Assembly (NCBI GenBank): GCA_963727625.1
Contig: CAVSHR010000007.1
Coordinates: forward strand, 96,001 to 160,000
Reading direction: 5' to 3'
Source: an uncultured delta proteobacterium
GTDB lineage: Bacteria; Desulfobacterota; Binatia; UBA9968
DNA length: 64,000 nucleotides
This document shows, piece after piece, positions 1 through 11,210 of the stretch (its first letter is position 1; each line of letters opens with the position of its first letter). The notes below the pieces were generated by a model. The model saw only the letters and a program-made list of their open reading frames with translations, had not been told where the DNA came from and ran no database searches. A program made the translations under genes and the position numbers.

Positions 1-1921
1 CAACAAGCACCTAGAGCCGTTGGCAGGCGAGGTCGTCGGCGAGGACGGGGTGTACTCGCTGGTGCGTACCTGCCAGTCGAATCTTCATGTCGCGCAGGCG
101 GCGCGAACGCGAGCATTCCTCGACGGAGAGCTTGTCGATGTTCGGCGTCGGGTTATTGAGGAACCGGGATACATCGGGCAGGAACTGAGGGTCGACCTCA
201 AGCAAGGCGAGACGCTGGTGCTGGAGAAGCTGGCCTCTTTCTATACCTCGCGCGATCATGCCATCTCTGAGTGCGGTCTGGAGGCGCGCAAGGCCATTGC
301 GCGTGCCGGCCGCTTCGATGCGGTGATGGCGGATCATGTTTTTGCATGGAAGCATCTGTGGCGTCGCTTCGACGTACATATCCTGCCGGCCGATCCCGGG
401 TTCAAGTTGAATGTCTCGATGCTGCTTCGCTTGAACATGTTTCACCTGATGCAAGCCGTATCGCCCAACTCCATCGGACTCGATATCGGCGTACCCGCGC
501 GGGGCTGGACCGGTGAGGCGTATCAGGGCCATATATTCTGGGATGAACTGTTCATCTTCCCGTTTTTCAATTATCGAATGCCCGAAATCACCCGATCCCT
601 TCTGATGTACCGCTACCGACGCCTGGGCGAGGCGCGCGCCGCCGCCGTGGCGGCCGGATTCAAGGGAGCGATGTTCCCCTGGCAGAGCGGCAGCGATGGG
701 CAGGAGGAGACTCAGGCGTTCAACCTGAACCCGCGCTCGCAGCGCTGGGTGCCCGACAACTCCTACTTGCAGCGCCACGTAGGCAGCGCCGTCGCCTATA
801 ACGTCTGGCAGTATTTCCAGGCCACTCGCGACCTGGAGTTCTTACACTCTTACGGCGCGGAGCTGATCCTAGATATCGCACGCTTTTGGTCGAGCATCGC
901 GAGTTTCAATGACCAACGCGGGCGCTACGAGATCCACGGCGTGATGGGTCCAGACGAGTTCCACGATGGCTATGCGGATTCGCCGGCGCCCGGTCTTAAC
1001 AACAATGCCTATACCAACGTCATGGCCGTGTGGGTGCTGTGCCGCGCGCTGGAGGTGCTCGAACAGCTCTCCGAGCTGCGTCGCGCCGAAATCGCGACAC
1101 AGCTCGACCTGCCGGCGGAGGAAATTGCGCGCTGGGAGGACATCAGCCGCAGGATGTTCGTGCCGTTCCATGACGGCATCATCACCCAGTTCGAGGGCTA
1201 CGAAAAATTGCGTGAGCTCGATTGGGAGGACTACCGGACCCGGTATGAAAATATTCAGCGTCTCGATCTCATCCTCGAGGGGGAGAACGACAGCGCCAAC
1301 CGCTACAAACTCTCGAAACAGGCCGACGTGCTGATGTTGTTCTATCTGTTTTCTGCCGAGGAGTTGCGCGAGCTGTTCGAGCGTCTGGATTATCCGTTCG
1401 AGTACGAGACGATCCCGAAAAACGTCGCCTACTATGCCGCACGCTCGTCCCATGGTTCCACGCTATCCCGTGTGGTGTATGCCTGGGTCCTGGCCCGTTC
1501 CGACCGGCCGGGCTCGATGAATTTCTTCGCGGAAGCGCTGCAGAGCGACACGAGCGACATCCAGCGGGGCACCACAGCGGAGGGTGTGCATCTCGGCGCG
1601 ATGGCCGGGTCGGTCGATCTGATGCAGCGTGTATCGACCGGCATCGAAGTCAGAGGCGATGTTCTGCGGCTCAATCCGGAATTGCCCCAGGAAATGAAGC
1701 GCCTCGACATGCGCATCCGCTATCGAGGCCATTCGCTCGACCTGCGGCTCACGCGCGACTCGCTCAGGGTGCGCGGGCGTGATGGCGCGGCGGCGCCGAT
1801 TTCGTTGTGCGTCGACGACAAGGTCTACGAATTCGTCAGCGGCACCACCCGCGTGTTTCGATTGAATGATGAGCCAACAGATGGCGTAATTGTCGAAAAG
1901 AACCCGGCCGACGGACGCTAA
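1..1921 (+). CDS. Glycoside hydrolase family 65 protein (trehalose/maltose/kojibiose phosphorylase-hydrolase family), 5' end outside window
   Basis: GH65 motifs: AYQGHIFWDE, GAMFPWQS, GVMGPDEFH (catalytic acid), KQADVLMLFY, SSHGSTLS, EGVHLGAMAG. Confidence 0.9.
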   Translation, partial: NKHLEPLAGEVVGEDGVYSLVRTCQSNLHVAQAARTRAFLDGELVDVRRRVIEEPGYIGQELRVDLKQGETLVLEKLASFYTSRDHAISECGLEARKAIARAGRFDAVMADHVFAWKHLWRRFDVHILPADPGFKLNVSMLLRLNMFHLMQAVSPNSIGLDIGVPARGWTGEAYQGHIFWDELFIFPFFNYRMPEITRSLLMYRYRRLGEARAAAVAAGFKGAMFPWQSGSDGQEETQAFNLNPRSQRWVPDNSYLQRHVGSAVAYNVWQYFQATRDLEFLHSYGAELILDIARFWSSIASFNDQRGRYEIHGVMGPDEFHDGYADSPAPGLNNNAYTNVMAVWVLCRALEVLEQLSELRRAEIATQLDLPAEEIARWEDISRRMFVPFHDGIITQFEGYEKLRELDWEDYRTRYENIQRLDLILEGENDSANRYKLSKQADVLMLFYLFSAEELRELFERLDYPFEYETIPKNVAYYAARSSHGSTLSRVVYAWVLARSDRPGSMNFFAEALQSDTSDIQRGTTAEGVHLGAMAGSVDLMQRVSTGIEVRGDVLRLNPELPQEMKRLDMRIRYRGHSLDLRLTRDSLRVRGRDGAAAPISLCVDDKVYEFVSGTTRVFRLNDEPTDGVIVEKNPADGR

Positions 1922-1987
1922 GAACATCTTGAGCGCCCAGGTGACCGCGCTCTCGGCGTTGGCTGAAAACATAAGGAGAATTGAACC

Positions 1988-4348
1988 ATGAACACGAAAA
2001 CTCTTACCCCCGAGCTGCTCGACAAGATGGATGCCTACTGGCGCGCCGCCAACTATCTGTCGGCCGGGCAGATTTTTCTCTACGACAATCCGCTGCTGAA
2101 GCGGCCGCTGACGCTCGCGGATGTGAAGCACATGCTGCTCGGACACTGGGGCACGACCCCAGGGCAGAACTTCATTTACATGCACCTGAACCGGGTCATC
2201 AAGAAATACGACCTCGACATGATTTATGTCTCCGGTCCCGGGCACGGCGGTCCAGCCGTCGTGGGCAACACATACTTGGAAGGCACCTACAGCGAGATCT
2301 ATCCCGACATCAGCCAGGATGAGGCCGGGCTGCAAAAGCTTTTCAAGCAGTTTTCGTTTCCCGGAGGCATTCCGAGCCACGCATCGCCGGAATGCCCGGG
2401 CTCGATCCACGAAGGCGGCGAACTGGGCTACTCGCTCAGCCATTCGTTCGGAGCGGTGTTCGACAATCCCGATCTGATCGTCGCCTGCGTTGTCGGCGAC
2501 GGCGAGGCGGAGACGGGTCCGCTGGCCACCGCGTGGCATTCGAACAAGTTCCTCGATCCGGCCACCGACGGCGCGGTGCTGCCGATCCTGCATCTCAACG
2601 GCTACAAGATTGCCAACCCGACCGTTCTGGCCCGCATCGAGCATGAGGAATTGGAACAGTTGCTGCGCGGCTACGGCTGGACGCCCTACTTCGTCGAGGG
2701 GCACGAGCCCGCGCTGATGCACGAGGCCATGGCCGCGACGCTCGACACGGCGGTGGAGCAGATCAAGAAAATCCAGCAGGACGCGCGCGTCCACGGCGAC
2801 TTCGCGCGGCCGCGCTGGCCGATGATCGTCCTCAATTCGCCCAAAGGCTGGACGGGGCCGAAAGTGGTCGATGGCCTGCAGGTCGAGGGCACCTTCCGGG
2901 CGCACCAGGTGCCGCTTCACCCTAGGGCTCAGCCCGAACACCTCAAGCTGCTGGAAGACTGGCTCAAGGGCTACCGGCCGGAGGAACTCTTCGATGAGCA
3001 GGGTCGCCTGAAACCGGAACTGGCTGAACTAGCGCCCAAGGGCGAACGACGGATGGGGGCGAATCCGCACGCCAACGGCGGCATGCTGCTGCGCGACCTG
3101 CGGATGCCGGATTTCCGCGACTACGCGATCGAAGTGCCCACGCCGGGCATACGCGGCATCGGCGACACGCATGTGTTGGGAAAATTTCTGCGCGACGTCA
3201 CGAAGCTGAACAGCGAACAGCGGAATTTCCGGGTCTTCGGCCCTGACGAGACGCTCTCCAACGGCCTGGAAGCGCTTTTTGAAGCGACCCAACGCCAATG
3301 GGACGCTGCGACCGTGCCGAACGACGAATTCCTCGCGCCCAGTGGGCGCGTGATGGAAATGCTCAGCGAGCACCAATGCGAGGGCTGGCTCGAGGGCTAC
3401 CTGCTCACCGGGCGCCATGGGCTGTTCAACTGCTACGAAGCGTTCATCCATATCATCGATTCGATGTTCAACCAGCACGCCAAGTGGCTGAAAGTCACCG
3501 CGCATCTGCCGTGGCGGCGCAAGATCGCCTCGCTCAACTACCTGCTGGCGTCCCATGTCTGGCGCCAGGATCACAACGGCTTCACCCACCAGGACCCCGG
3601 TTTCATCGACCATGTCGTGAACAAGAAGGCCGAGGTGGTGCGAGTTTATTTTCCGCCGGATGCCAACTGCCTGCTCTCGGTGATGGACCACTGCCTGCGC
3701 AGCCGCCACTACGTCAACGTCGTGGTCGCAGGCAAACACCCGGCGCCGCAGTGGCTGACGATGGACGCCGCCGTCAAGCACTGCACCGAGGGCATCGGCA
3801 TCTGGCGGTGGGCCAGCAACGACCAGGCCGTTGCACCCGACGTGGTCATGGCCTGCTGCGGCGACGTGCCTACGCTGGAGACGCTCGCCGCCGTCTCCAT
3901 CCTGCGCGAGCATCTGCCCGAACTGAAGATCCGCGTAGTCAACGTTGTCGACCTCATGAAGCTGCAGCCGCCAAGCGAACACCCGCACGGGTTGAGCGAC
4001 ATGGATTTCGACGAGCTCTTCACCAAGGACAAGCCGGTGATCTTCGCCTACCATGCCTACCCGTGGTTGATCCACCGGCTGACCTACCGGCGCACCAACC
4101 ACGACAACATTCACGTCCGCGGCTACAAGGAAGAGGGTACCATCACGACGCCCTTCGACATGACGGTGCTGAACGATCTGGACCGCTTCCACCTTGTGAT
4201 GGACACCATCGACCGCCTGCCGCAGACCGGCGACAAGGGCATCTACCTGAAGCAGCAGCTCAAGGACAAGCTCATCGAGCACAAGCAATACATCGACAAG
4301 CACGGCCAAGACATGCCGGAAATTCGGAATTGGAAATGGAAAGGATGA
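1988..4348 (+). CDS. xfp: Xylulose-5-phosphate/fructose-6-phosphate phosphoketolase
   Basis: [37 protein letters not shown] motif [32 protein letters not shown]; RBS aaggag upstream. Confidence 0.97.
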   Translation: MNTKTLTPELLDKMDAYWRAANYLSAGQIFLYDNPLLKRPLTLADVKHMLLGHWGTTPGQNFIYMHLNRVIKKYDLDMIYVSGPGHGGPAVVGNTYLEGTYSEIYPDISQDEAGLQKLFKQFSFPGGIPSHASPECPGSIHEGGELGYSLSHSFGAVFDNPDLIVACVVGDGEAETGPLATAWHSNKFLDPATDGAVLPILHLNGYKIANPTVLARIEHEELEQLLRGYGWTPYFVEGHEPALMHEAMAATLDTAVEQIKKIQQDARVHGDFARPRWPMIVLNSPKGWTGPKVVDGLQVEGTFRAHQVPLHPRAQPEHLKLLEDWLKGYRPEELFDEQGRLKPELAELAPKGERRMGANPHANGGMLLRDLRMPDFRDYAIEVPTPGIRGIGDTHVLGKFLRDVTKLNSEQRNFRVFGPDETLSNGLEALFEATQRQWDAATVPNDEFLAPSGRVMEMLSEHQCEGWLEGYLLTGRHGLFNCYEAFIHIIDSMFNQHAKWLKVTAHLPWRRKIASLNYLLASHVWRQDHNGFTHQDPGFIDHVVNKKAEVVRVYFPPDANCLLSVMDHCLRSRHYVNVVVAGKHPAPQWLTMDAAVKHCTEGIGIWRWASNDQAVAPDVVMACCGDVPTLETLAAVSILREHLPELKIRVVNVVDLMKLQPPSEHPHGLSDMDFDELFTKDKPVIFAYHAYPWLIHRLTYRRTNHDNIHVRGYKEEGTITTPFDMTVLNDLDRFHLVMDTIDRLPQTGDKGIYLKQQLKDKLIEHKQYIDKHGQDMPEIRNWKWKG

Positions 4349-4355
4349 CGCCCCG

Positions 4356-4652
4356 ATGGCGCTGCGATTGATCGAGATGGTGTTGCAGGAGAAGGACGGC
4401 GCGGAAGTTCGCGAGCTTCTCAAGGAACACAAGGTGCTCGCACACCGGCAGCTTCGATTACCGGACGGGGAAGTGCGGGTGCGTATTTTGTTGGACGCGG
4501 AACAGAGCGAGGCGGTGCTGGATTTGTTGGAGAAAGAGTACGCCGGTGGGGAGGGCAACCGGGTGGTGATTCTGCCTGTCGAAGCGACATTGCCGCGCGC
4601 CGGGCCGGACCCGGCCGTTGTCACCATCCCGCTGAACCAACCAGAGAAATAA
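4356..4652 (+). pseudogene. Chimeric remnant: N-terminus of a TIGR00341/DUF389-type membrane protein fused to the probable last codons of an HlyD/YbhG membrane-fusion protein
   Basis: MALRLIEMVL...SEAVLDLLE...NRVVILPVEATLPR resembles the TIGR00341 N-terminus with the membrane domain missing; tail PAVVTIPL resembles the HlyD C-terminal 'GMPxxVTIPL' and directly precedes a ybhF-like gene. Confidence 0.5.
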
Positions 4653-4662
4653 CGCCGAACGC

Positions 4663-6450
4663 ATGGACGTTTCCGGAACAGCCGAGCTTGCGGCGCGCGC
4701 GGCCGATGTCGTGTTGGAGTTGCGCGGCGTGCATAAACAGTTCGTTGTGGGCGGGCGAGCCGTCCAAGCTCTCGGCAATGTCAGCCTCGCCGTGCGACGG
4801 GGCCGCGTCACGGGATTGATCGGTCCAGATGGTGCCGGTAAGACGACGTTGATGCGACTGGCGGTCGGACTGCTGGCGCCCGACGACGGCCGGATCATGA
4901 CGCTCGGTTTCGACGCCACTCGTGAGTCGCTCGCGGTACAGGAGCGCGTTGGCTATATGCCGCAACGGTTTGGTCTCTACGAAGATTTGTCCGTTCAGGA
5001 AAATCTCGATCTCTATGCCGATTTGCAAGGCATGCCATACGCCGATCGTGCCGCACGATACGAAGCATTGATGCACATGACCGGCCTGGCTCGGTTCACC
5101 ACGCGCCTCGCTGGACGGTTGTCGGGCGGAATGAAACAAAAACTCGGACTCGCCTGTACGCTCGTGCGCCCGCCGGAATTATTGTTGCTTGACGAGCCGA
5201 CGGTTGGGGTTGATCCCGTCTCGCGGCGCGAACTGTGGCAGATTGTTTATAGACTCGTGCAACAAGGAGGCATGAACGTGCTGTTGAGCACCGCCTACCT
5301 CGATGAAGCGGAGCGCTGTGATGAAGTGATTCTGATGCACGACGGCGAAGTGTTGGGGTACGGTCCGCCGAAAGAATTCCGCGAACGATCGCGCGGGAGG
5401 ACGTACATGGTGACCGCGCCCGCCGCGAACAAGCGTGCGTTGCAGGAATCGCTCACGAATGGGCCTGGTGTGGTCGACGCGCTCATTCAGGGCGATCACG
5501 TCCGGTTGGTTATGGACAGCGATGTCCGCCCCGAGGCCGCGAGCTTGTTGCCGGGACAAGAAGACATTTCGATCCGGCCGGTACCGCCCCGGCTGGAGGA
5601 CAGCTTCGTGGTGATGCTGCGCAAGCGGCGTTCGGACGGCGCTGTCACTGAGCCGCCAAAAACAACGGCCAGAGACCCGGTGCGCTCTCACAACGGCGAT
5701 GGCCCGGTCATTGAGGTCAACGACGCGAAGCGCCGGTTCGGTGATTTCTATGCGGTCAAGGGCGTGACGTTTCAAGTGAACCGCGGTGAGGTTTTCGGGT
5801 TGCTGGGCGCAAACGGCGCGGGCAAGTCCACGACGTTTCGGATGTTGTGCGGTTTGCTGCCGGCCACCGAAGGCAGTCTGCGCGTGGCCGGGCTGGACTT
5901 GCGGCGCGCGGCAGCGGCGGCGCGGGCACGGGTTGGTTACATGTCGCAGAAGTTCTCGCTCTACGGCAATCTCAGTGTAGGCGAGAACCTGCGCTTCTTC
6001 AGCAACGCCTATAATCTGTCGGGACCACGTCAGCGCGAACGCATGGACTGGGCGCTGACCCAATTCGAACTCGCCCGGCTGACCGACGTCACAAGTCTCG
6101 ACCTGCCGCTGGGCCACAAGCAGCGGCTGGCAATGGCTTGCGCGCTGATGCACGAGCCCGAGATTCTGTTTCTCGATGAACCGACCTCGGGCGTTGATCC
6201 GCTGGCGCGGCGCGAATTCTGGCGACGGATCAACGCCCTCGCCGAGCAACGCGTAACGGTAATGGTCACCACGCATTTCATGGAGGAGGCCGAGTATTGC
6301 GACCGGCTGGCAATCATGGCCGATGGTGAAATCCTCACGATCGGCACGCCTGAAGCGATCAAACAACGTCAGCGCACCACCGAGCAACCGGAGCCGACGA
6401 TGGAAGACGCATTTATCGCGCTGATCGAAGGCAAAGGACCAACCGGATGA
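4663..6450 (+). CDS. ybhF: ABC-2 exporter ATP-binding protein with two ATPase domains (YbhF-like)
   Basis: Walker A GPDGAGKT and GANGAGKS; LSGGMKQK; LLDEPTVGVDP and FLDEPTSGVDP. Confidence 0.88.
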   Translation: MDVSGTAELAARAADVVLELRGVHKQFVVGGRAVQALGNVSLAVRRGRVTGLIGPDGAGKTTLMRLAVGLLAPDDGRIMTLGFDATRESLAVQERVGYMPQRFGLYEDLSVQENLDLYADLQGMPYADRAARYEALMHMTGLARFTTRLAGRLSGGMKQKLGLACTLVRPPELLLLDEPTVGVDPVSRRELWQIVYRLVQQGGMNVLLSTAYLDEAERCDEVILMHDGEVLGYGPPKEFRERSRGRTYMVTAPAANKRALQESLTNGPGVVDALIQGDHVRLVMDSDVRPEAASLLPGQEDISIRPVPPRLEDSFVVMLRKRRSDGAVTEPPKTTARDPVRSHNGDGPVIEVNDAKRRFGDFYAVKGVTFQVNRGEVFGLLGANGAGKSTTFRMLCGLLPATEGSLRVAGLDLRRAAAAARARVGYMSQKFSLYGNLSVGENLRFFSNAYNLSGPRQRERMDWALTQFELARLTDVTSLDLPLGHKQRLAMACALMHEPEILFLDEPTSGVDPLARREFWRRINALAEQRVTVMVTTHFMEEAEYCDRLAIMADGEILTIGTPEAIKQRQRTTEQPEPTMEDAFIALIEGKGPTG

Positions 6451-7596
6451 AGCCGCCACACGAACGACTATCGCGGGGCGGAGGTCGAATGCGGTTGCGC
6501 GGTTTGCTCCGCAAGGAGTTCCTCCAGATCCTGCGCGACCCGAGCAGTCTCGCCATCGCATTTCTATTGCCGGTCGTGCTCCTGCTGATTTTCGGGTATG
6601 GCGTGTCGCTCGACGCCGAACATGTGCCGATCGCGCTGGTCGTGGAACAACCCGGCGCCGACACCGCCAGCTTTACCGGAGGCTTCCAGCAGTCCCGCTA
6701 CTTCGCACCGATCTTAATGCGCAATCTCAACGAGGCCGAGGCGAGCACTCCGGGAGCGTCGCGTGGACGCCATCGTTCACCTGCGCGCGGATTTTGCCCG
6801 CCGGCTCCACCAACCGGGCGGGGCCCCGATCCAAGTGATCGTCAACGGCGTGGAAGCCAACAGCGCGCGGCTCGTGTTGGGTTACGTACAGGGCGCGTGG
6901 CAGAAATGGCTGGAGAAAGAGGCTCTCGCGCGGGGCGAGATTTTGAGCGTGCCAGTGCAGCTGGAGCAACGGGTTTGGTTCAACAGCGAGTTGCGCAGCC
7001 GCAATTTTCTCGTGCCCGGCCTGATCGCGATCATCATGACGCTGATCGGCGCGCTGCTGACGGCGCTGGTGATGGCGCGCGAATGGGAACGCGGCACGAT
7101 GGAGGCGCTGATGGTGACCCCGGTGACCATGCGCGAGGTGTTGCTGGGCAAGGTGCTGCCGTACTTCGCGCTGGGCACGGGCGGCATGGCGTTGTCGGTG
7201 GCCATGGGCGTGTGGTTATTCGGTGTGCCGTTGCGCGGGTCGCTGGGGCTGCTGTTTGCGGCTTCGTCGCTATTTTTGCTGGCGGCGCTGGGAATGGGCC
7301 TGCTGATTTCCACCGTGACGAAGAACCAGTTTGTCGCCGGCCAGGTTGCGATCGTCACGACCTTCCTGCCGGCCTTCATTTTGTCGGGGTTCATCTTTGA
7401 CATCGGCAGCATGCCGCGCGTCGTTCAAGGGATCACCTACTTGTTGGCCGCGCGGTATTTCGTGGCGATTTTGCAGACGTTGTTTCTCGCCGGTAACGTG
7501 TGGTTGGTGCTCCTGCCCAACGCGCTGGCCTTGGTGTTGATGGCGGCATTTTTCCTCGGCGTGAGCCGGCGCAAGCTGCGGAAACGGCTGGAATAA
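6447..7596 (+). CDS. ybhS: ABC-2 permease (YbhS-like), interrupted by a +1 frameshift near 6740
   Basis: N-part KEFLQILRDPSSL...LLIFGYGVSLD (ORF 6447) continues in another frame (ORF 6763) with WFNSELRSRNFLVPG and AREWERGTMEAL; removing one G at ~6741 joins them. Confidence 0.8.
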
Positions 7597-7605
7597 GACA
7601 CGACC

Positions 7606-8715
7606 ATGTGGCGACGAATTCGGGCTTTGATGACGAAGGAGTTCCTGGCGCTGCTCAAGGATAAGCGGAGCCGGATCGTGGTGTTCGTGCCGCCGATCCT
7701 CCAGTTGCTGGTGTTTGGCTACGCGGCCACGTTCGACCTTAACCGCATCCCTCTGGCGGTGTACGACGAGGATCACAGCCAGGCGTCGCGGGATCTGGTG
7801 GCGCGGTTTGAAGGCTCGCCGAACTTCCAACAGGTCGCGGTGATTTCGCACGATGAGCAAATCGCGCCGCTGGTGGACGCCCGAAAAGCGCTGTTGGTGC
7901 TGCGCATCAGCCCGCAGTTCAGCCGTGAACTGCTCGGCGGACGGTCCGGTCCCGTGCAAGTAATCGTCGATGGCCGCAACTCCAACACCGCCGCGATCTT
8001 GCTCAGCTACGTCAACTCCATCATCGCGTCATTCAATGCAGACTGGCTTCAGCGCACGGGGGGTGCGGCGGCGCAAGCGCGCTTGGAAACACGGGCGTGG
8101 TTCAACCCTAATCTGGTGAGCCGCTGGTTCATCGTGCCCGGCATCGTGGGACTGCTGACGCTGGTGGTCACCACGCTGGTCACGGCGCTCTCGGTGGCCC
8201 GTGAACGCGAGCAGGGCACGTTCGATCAGTTGCTGGTCACGGCGTTCCGGCCCGTGGAGATCCTGATCGGCAAGGCGCTGCCGGGATTCATCATCGGCTT
8301 CGCCGAGGCCACGGTGATCATCCTGATCGCGACCCTCTGGTTTGAGGTGCCGTTGCGCGGCAGTGTGCTGACGCTGTACGTAGGGCTGTTCTTCTTCCTG
8401 CTCTCGACGGTGGGGATGGGGCTGATGATCTCGTCGCTCTCGGTCTCTCAACAACAAGGCCTGCTGGGTGCGTTTCTCTTCGTCGTGCCGTCGATCATTC
8501 TTTCCGGCTTCGCTACGCCGATTGCCAACATGCCATACTGGATGCAGCAACTCACGTTGCTCAATCCCATGCGCTATTTCCTGATCATCTTGCGCGGCGT
8601 GTTCTTGCAGGGCACGCCGTTCCATCTGCTGGTCAGCCAATTTTGGCCCATGGCGATCATCGGCTTGGCTAACTTGGCGCTGGCAGGATGGTTGTTCCGA
8701 GCTCGCCTGCATTGA
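7606..8715 (+). CDS. ybhR: ABC-2 permease (YbhR-like)
   Basis: KEFLALLKD, LLVFGYAATFD, DGRNSNTA, AREREQGTFDQLLV, LSGFATPIANMP. Confidence 0.88.
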   Translation: MWRRIRALMTKEFLALLKDKRSRIVVFVPPILQLLVFGYAATFDLNRIPLAVYDEDHSQASRDLVARFEGSPNFQQVAVISHDEQIAPLVDARKALLVLRISPQFSRELLGGRSGPVQVIVDGRNSNTAAILLSYVNSIIASFNADWLQRTGGAAAQARLETRAWFNPNLVSRWFIVPGIVGLLTLVVTTLVTALSVAREREQGTFDQLLVTAFRPVEILIGKALPGFIIGFAEATVIILIATLWFEVPLRGSVLTLYVGLFFFLLSTVGMGLMISSLSVSQQQGLLGAFLFVVPSIILSGFATPIANMPYWMQQLTLLNPMRYFLIILRGVFLQGTPFHLLVSQFWPMAIIGLANLALAGWLFRARLH

Positions 8716-8837
8716 AGTTTTCGTAAAGAATCGACACTTCTGTTGATTGCAGGCTGCTAGCCCAACTTTCTCAACTCGGATCGAAATAAGATTTTTTTGC
8801 GGGTCTGGGCGCGAGAAAGATTCGTGATTTCAAGGGG

Positions 8838-9060
8838 TGTAGATGCTAAGACTAAATCTGACAGGCATGATAAAGTCCTCGTAATCCAAGAGGCAGCCAA
8901 GGGCTGCAGAAAGGAAGCGAGGCGAGATGACCGCAGCAGACAAGGTAATCAAGACCAAGGTCGGGGTACTGGAGCTCGGCAAGCAGTTGGGCAACATGTC
9001 CAAGGCCGGCCGGATCATGGGCTACAGTCGAGACAGTTTTTATCGGCTCAAAGAACTCAA
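8838..9060 (+). mobile_element. IS481-family left end and truncated transposase N-terminal HTH
   Basis: 8927 MTAADKVIKTKVGVLELGKQLGNMSKAGRIMGYSRDSFYRLKEL is a typical IS481 transposase start; candidate TGT end at 8838; catalytic domain absent. Confidence 0.7.
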
Positions 9061-9089
9061 CGAGATAAAATTTAACAACCCCCAAACCT

Positions 9090-9345
9090 TTCTTTGTCGC
9101 CTTTATGGCCTACTGCCTGCACGTCACGCTCAAGGCGCGATTACGGCCGCTAGCCGCTGGACGGACGCCTCGGGCGGTGCTCGATAAGTTTGCCACCATG
9201 CAGATGTTGAACGTCAAATTTCCCGCCACCGATGGCCGCACTCTGATCCTTAGCCGTTACACCGAGCCAGACACTGATCACAAGCTTCTGTTAGAACAGC
9301 TCAAACTCATCTTGCCGCCCCAACCGCCACCCCGAATCACTGGCG
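9090..9345 (+). mobile_element. IS1634-family transposase C-terminal remnant
   Basis: FVAFMAYCLHVTLKARL...TPRAVLDKF..MQM..V.FP.TDGR.LILSRYTEP....[18 protein letters not shown] resembles IS1634 transposase tails. Confidence 0.7.
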
Positions 9346-9366
9346 GCGGCCAACGGGTGCACTCTC

Positions 9367-9516
9367 GTGATGGACACCATCGACCGCCTGCCGCAGACCG
9401 GCGACAAGGGCATCTACCTGAAGCAGCAGCTCAAGGACAAGCTCATCGAGCACAAGCAATACATCGACAAGCACGGCCAGGACATGCCGGAGATCCGAAA
9501 TTGGCGATGGAAGGGA
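9367..9516 (+). repeat. Second copy of the phosphoketolase 3' end (matches 4196-4345)
   Basis: Direct comparison: first 113 nt identical, remainder differs mostly at synonymous sites. Confidence 0.95.
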
Positions 9517-9613
9517 TCAACCGCATGACCGCCGCACCACTGCAGAAGCCGTTGCGCGCAAGTTCGGTCTGGACCGTATCGACGCCGAATTGTTGCCCGA
9601 GAGAAAGGGTGCG

Positions 9614-9740
9614 TGGGCGGTGCTACCCGAGGCGTGGCCTGGCGGCACCTCTTTGGGGCTGGATTAGGTTTCACGGTGGCGCTGTTTATCGCCCGGCGGG
9701 TGTTTGCGGACAAACGCTTGCCAGTGGAAATGACCTTCGT
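9614..9740 (+). pseudogene. nhaA: NhaA Na+/H+ antiporter C-terminal remnant
   Basis: Reads WAVLP/GVAWRHLFGAGLGFTVALFIA, resembling NhaA 'LPEGV.W..L.G....GIGFTMSLFIA'; frameshifted and internally deleted. Confidence 0.5.
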
Positions 9741-9774
9741 GCGCTCTCTCACACCCACACTTTTAGGCTGATCC

Positions 9775-11124
9775 ATGAATAAGTTAAGACAACTCTGGAG
9801 CGATTTGCGGTCGAGCTTTTGGTTTTTGCCTTTTCTGATCGTCCTGATCAGCATTGTTTACGCGGTAGTGTGGACCCAAACAGACTATTATGCTGGGGGT
9901 GACCGATGGCTGGCCCGGTGGCCACGGATATTTGGGGTCGGGGCGGAAGGCGCGCGCGCTATGTTGTCCACGCTTGCCGCTTCGATGATGTCCGTTATGG
10001 GCATCACGTTCTCCATGACCCTGCTGGCATTGGCGCTGGCGTCGAGCCAATACACCTCGCGCATCTTGCGCAACTTCATGCGCAGCCGTGTCACGCAGGT
10101 CACGCTGGGAACCTTTGCCGGAATTTTCGTCTATTGTTTGATCGTGTTGCACACTATTCGCACTGGCGATGCGCCATTCGTGCCCAGCCTGGCGGTGTTT
10201 TTCGCATTTGTTCTGGCGTTTGGCGGCATTGCCGTCCTCATTTTTTTTATTCATCACATCGCCTCGTCGATCCAGGCTTCCAACATCATCGCCTCGGTCG
10301 CTCAGGAGACCGACGCCTCCATTGATCGGCTGCTGCCAAAAATACTGGATCAGGGGCCCGATGAAGATGAAGGCCGGAACCAGGTACTCGAGCCACTGGA
10401 TGAGAGGACCTGGTATCCAGTGCCGGCCGCCGTGAGCGGCTACATACAGAGCGTGAATATTGATGCCCTCCTGGGCTTGGCGCGGGACAGGAAGACCGTC
10501 GTGCGGATGGAACGCGGCATCGGCGCGTTCGTTGTGCAGAATACCGCTTTGGCATCGCTCGCCCTGACGTACCCGCCGGATCAAGATATGAATGCTGCCC
10601 TGAATGGGGCTTACAGCATCAGCCGCCATCGCACGATTGAGCAGGACCCCGCTTTCGGTATCAGGCAGATCGTCGATATGGCCCTCAAGGCACTTTCGCC
10701 CGGGATCAATGACACCTCGACGGCGGTGATGTGCGTGGATTACTTGACAGAGATTCTGGCTCGGCTGGCTTGTCGGCAATTCCCGCCATCGCGCCGTTAC
10801 GAGGGTGAAACACTGCGTGTGATCGCCATAGTCCCGACCTTTGAAGGTGGGTTGGCCGAGGCGTTCGATCAGATTCGGGGTAGCGCCGCAGGCAATGTCG
10901 CCATTATGGCGCGTATGCTCGGCGCCATTGATACCCTTGCCAGTCTCACGGTCAGCCCGAGCCACTTACGAGCACTCGACGAACAGGTGCAGTGTATTGC
11001 CGAGCTGGCCGATCGCACCATCCAATCCATCCATGATCGCGCGCGGATTGAAAGGCGGCTGTCAGGGGTGCGCGAAACGCTGGAAGCTCGGTCTGCGTTG
11101 TGCGTGGGGGAAGAGAGAGTATAG
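9775..11124 (+). CDS. DUF2254-family predicted membrane protein
   Basis: SFWFLP, LALASSQYTSRILRNF, FIHHIASSIQAS, SGYIQ, QDPAFGIRQIVDMALKALSPGINDTSTA. Confidence 0.85.
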   Translation: MNKLRQLWSDLRSSFWFLPFLIVLISIVYAVVWTQTDYYAGGDRWLARWPRIFGVGAEGARAMLSTLAASMMSVMGITFSMTLLALALASSQYTSRILRNFMRSRVTQVTLGTFAGIFVYCLIVLHTIRTGDAPFVPSLAVFFAFVLAFGGIAVLIFFIHHIASSIQASNIIASVAQETDASIDRLLPKILDQGPDEDEGRNQVLEPLDERTWYPVPAAVSGYIQSVNIDALLGLARDRKTVVRMERGIGAFVVQNTALASLALTYPPDQDMNAALNGAYSISRHRTIEQDPAFGIRQIVDMALKALSPGINDTSTAVMCVDYLTEILARLACRQFPPSRRYEGETLRVIAIVPTFEGGLAEAFDQIRGSAAGNVAIMARMLGAIDTLASLTVSPSHLRALDEQVQCIAELADRTIQSIHDRARIERRLSGVRETLEARSALCVGEERV

Positions 11125-11128
11125 GGTT

Positions 11129-11210
11129 ATGAAACCGAACCCGGAAATGGCACGCAAAGCCGGTTTAGCGAATTGCGGCGTGGTCGTCTCGGTGCGCGGC
11201 AGTGGCGTGG
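11129..11210 (+). pseudogene. 5' stub of a second N-ATPase beta subunit gene
   Basis: 11171-11210 (NCGVVVSVRGSGV) aligns with 16701-16740 of atpD ([13 protein letters not shown]). Confidence 0.65.

Noticed and set aside
1463-6561. Long minus-strand ORFs (1463-2941, 3029-4627, 5179-6561; similarly 9784-10965, 17040-18287 and plus-strand 48462-50270)
   Set aside because: They are antisense shadows of well-supported genes in GC-rich DNA and have no motifs.
9105-9782. 225-aa ORF as a real novel protein
   Set aside because: It is a read-through of an IS1634 tail into out-of-frame xfp and nhaA remnants.
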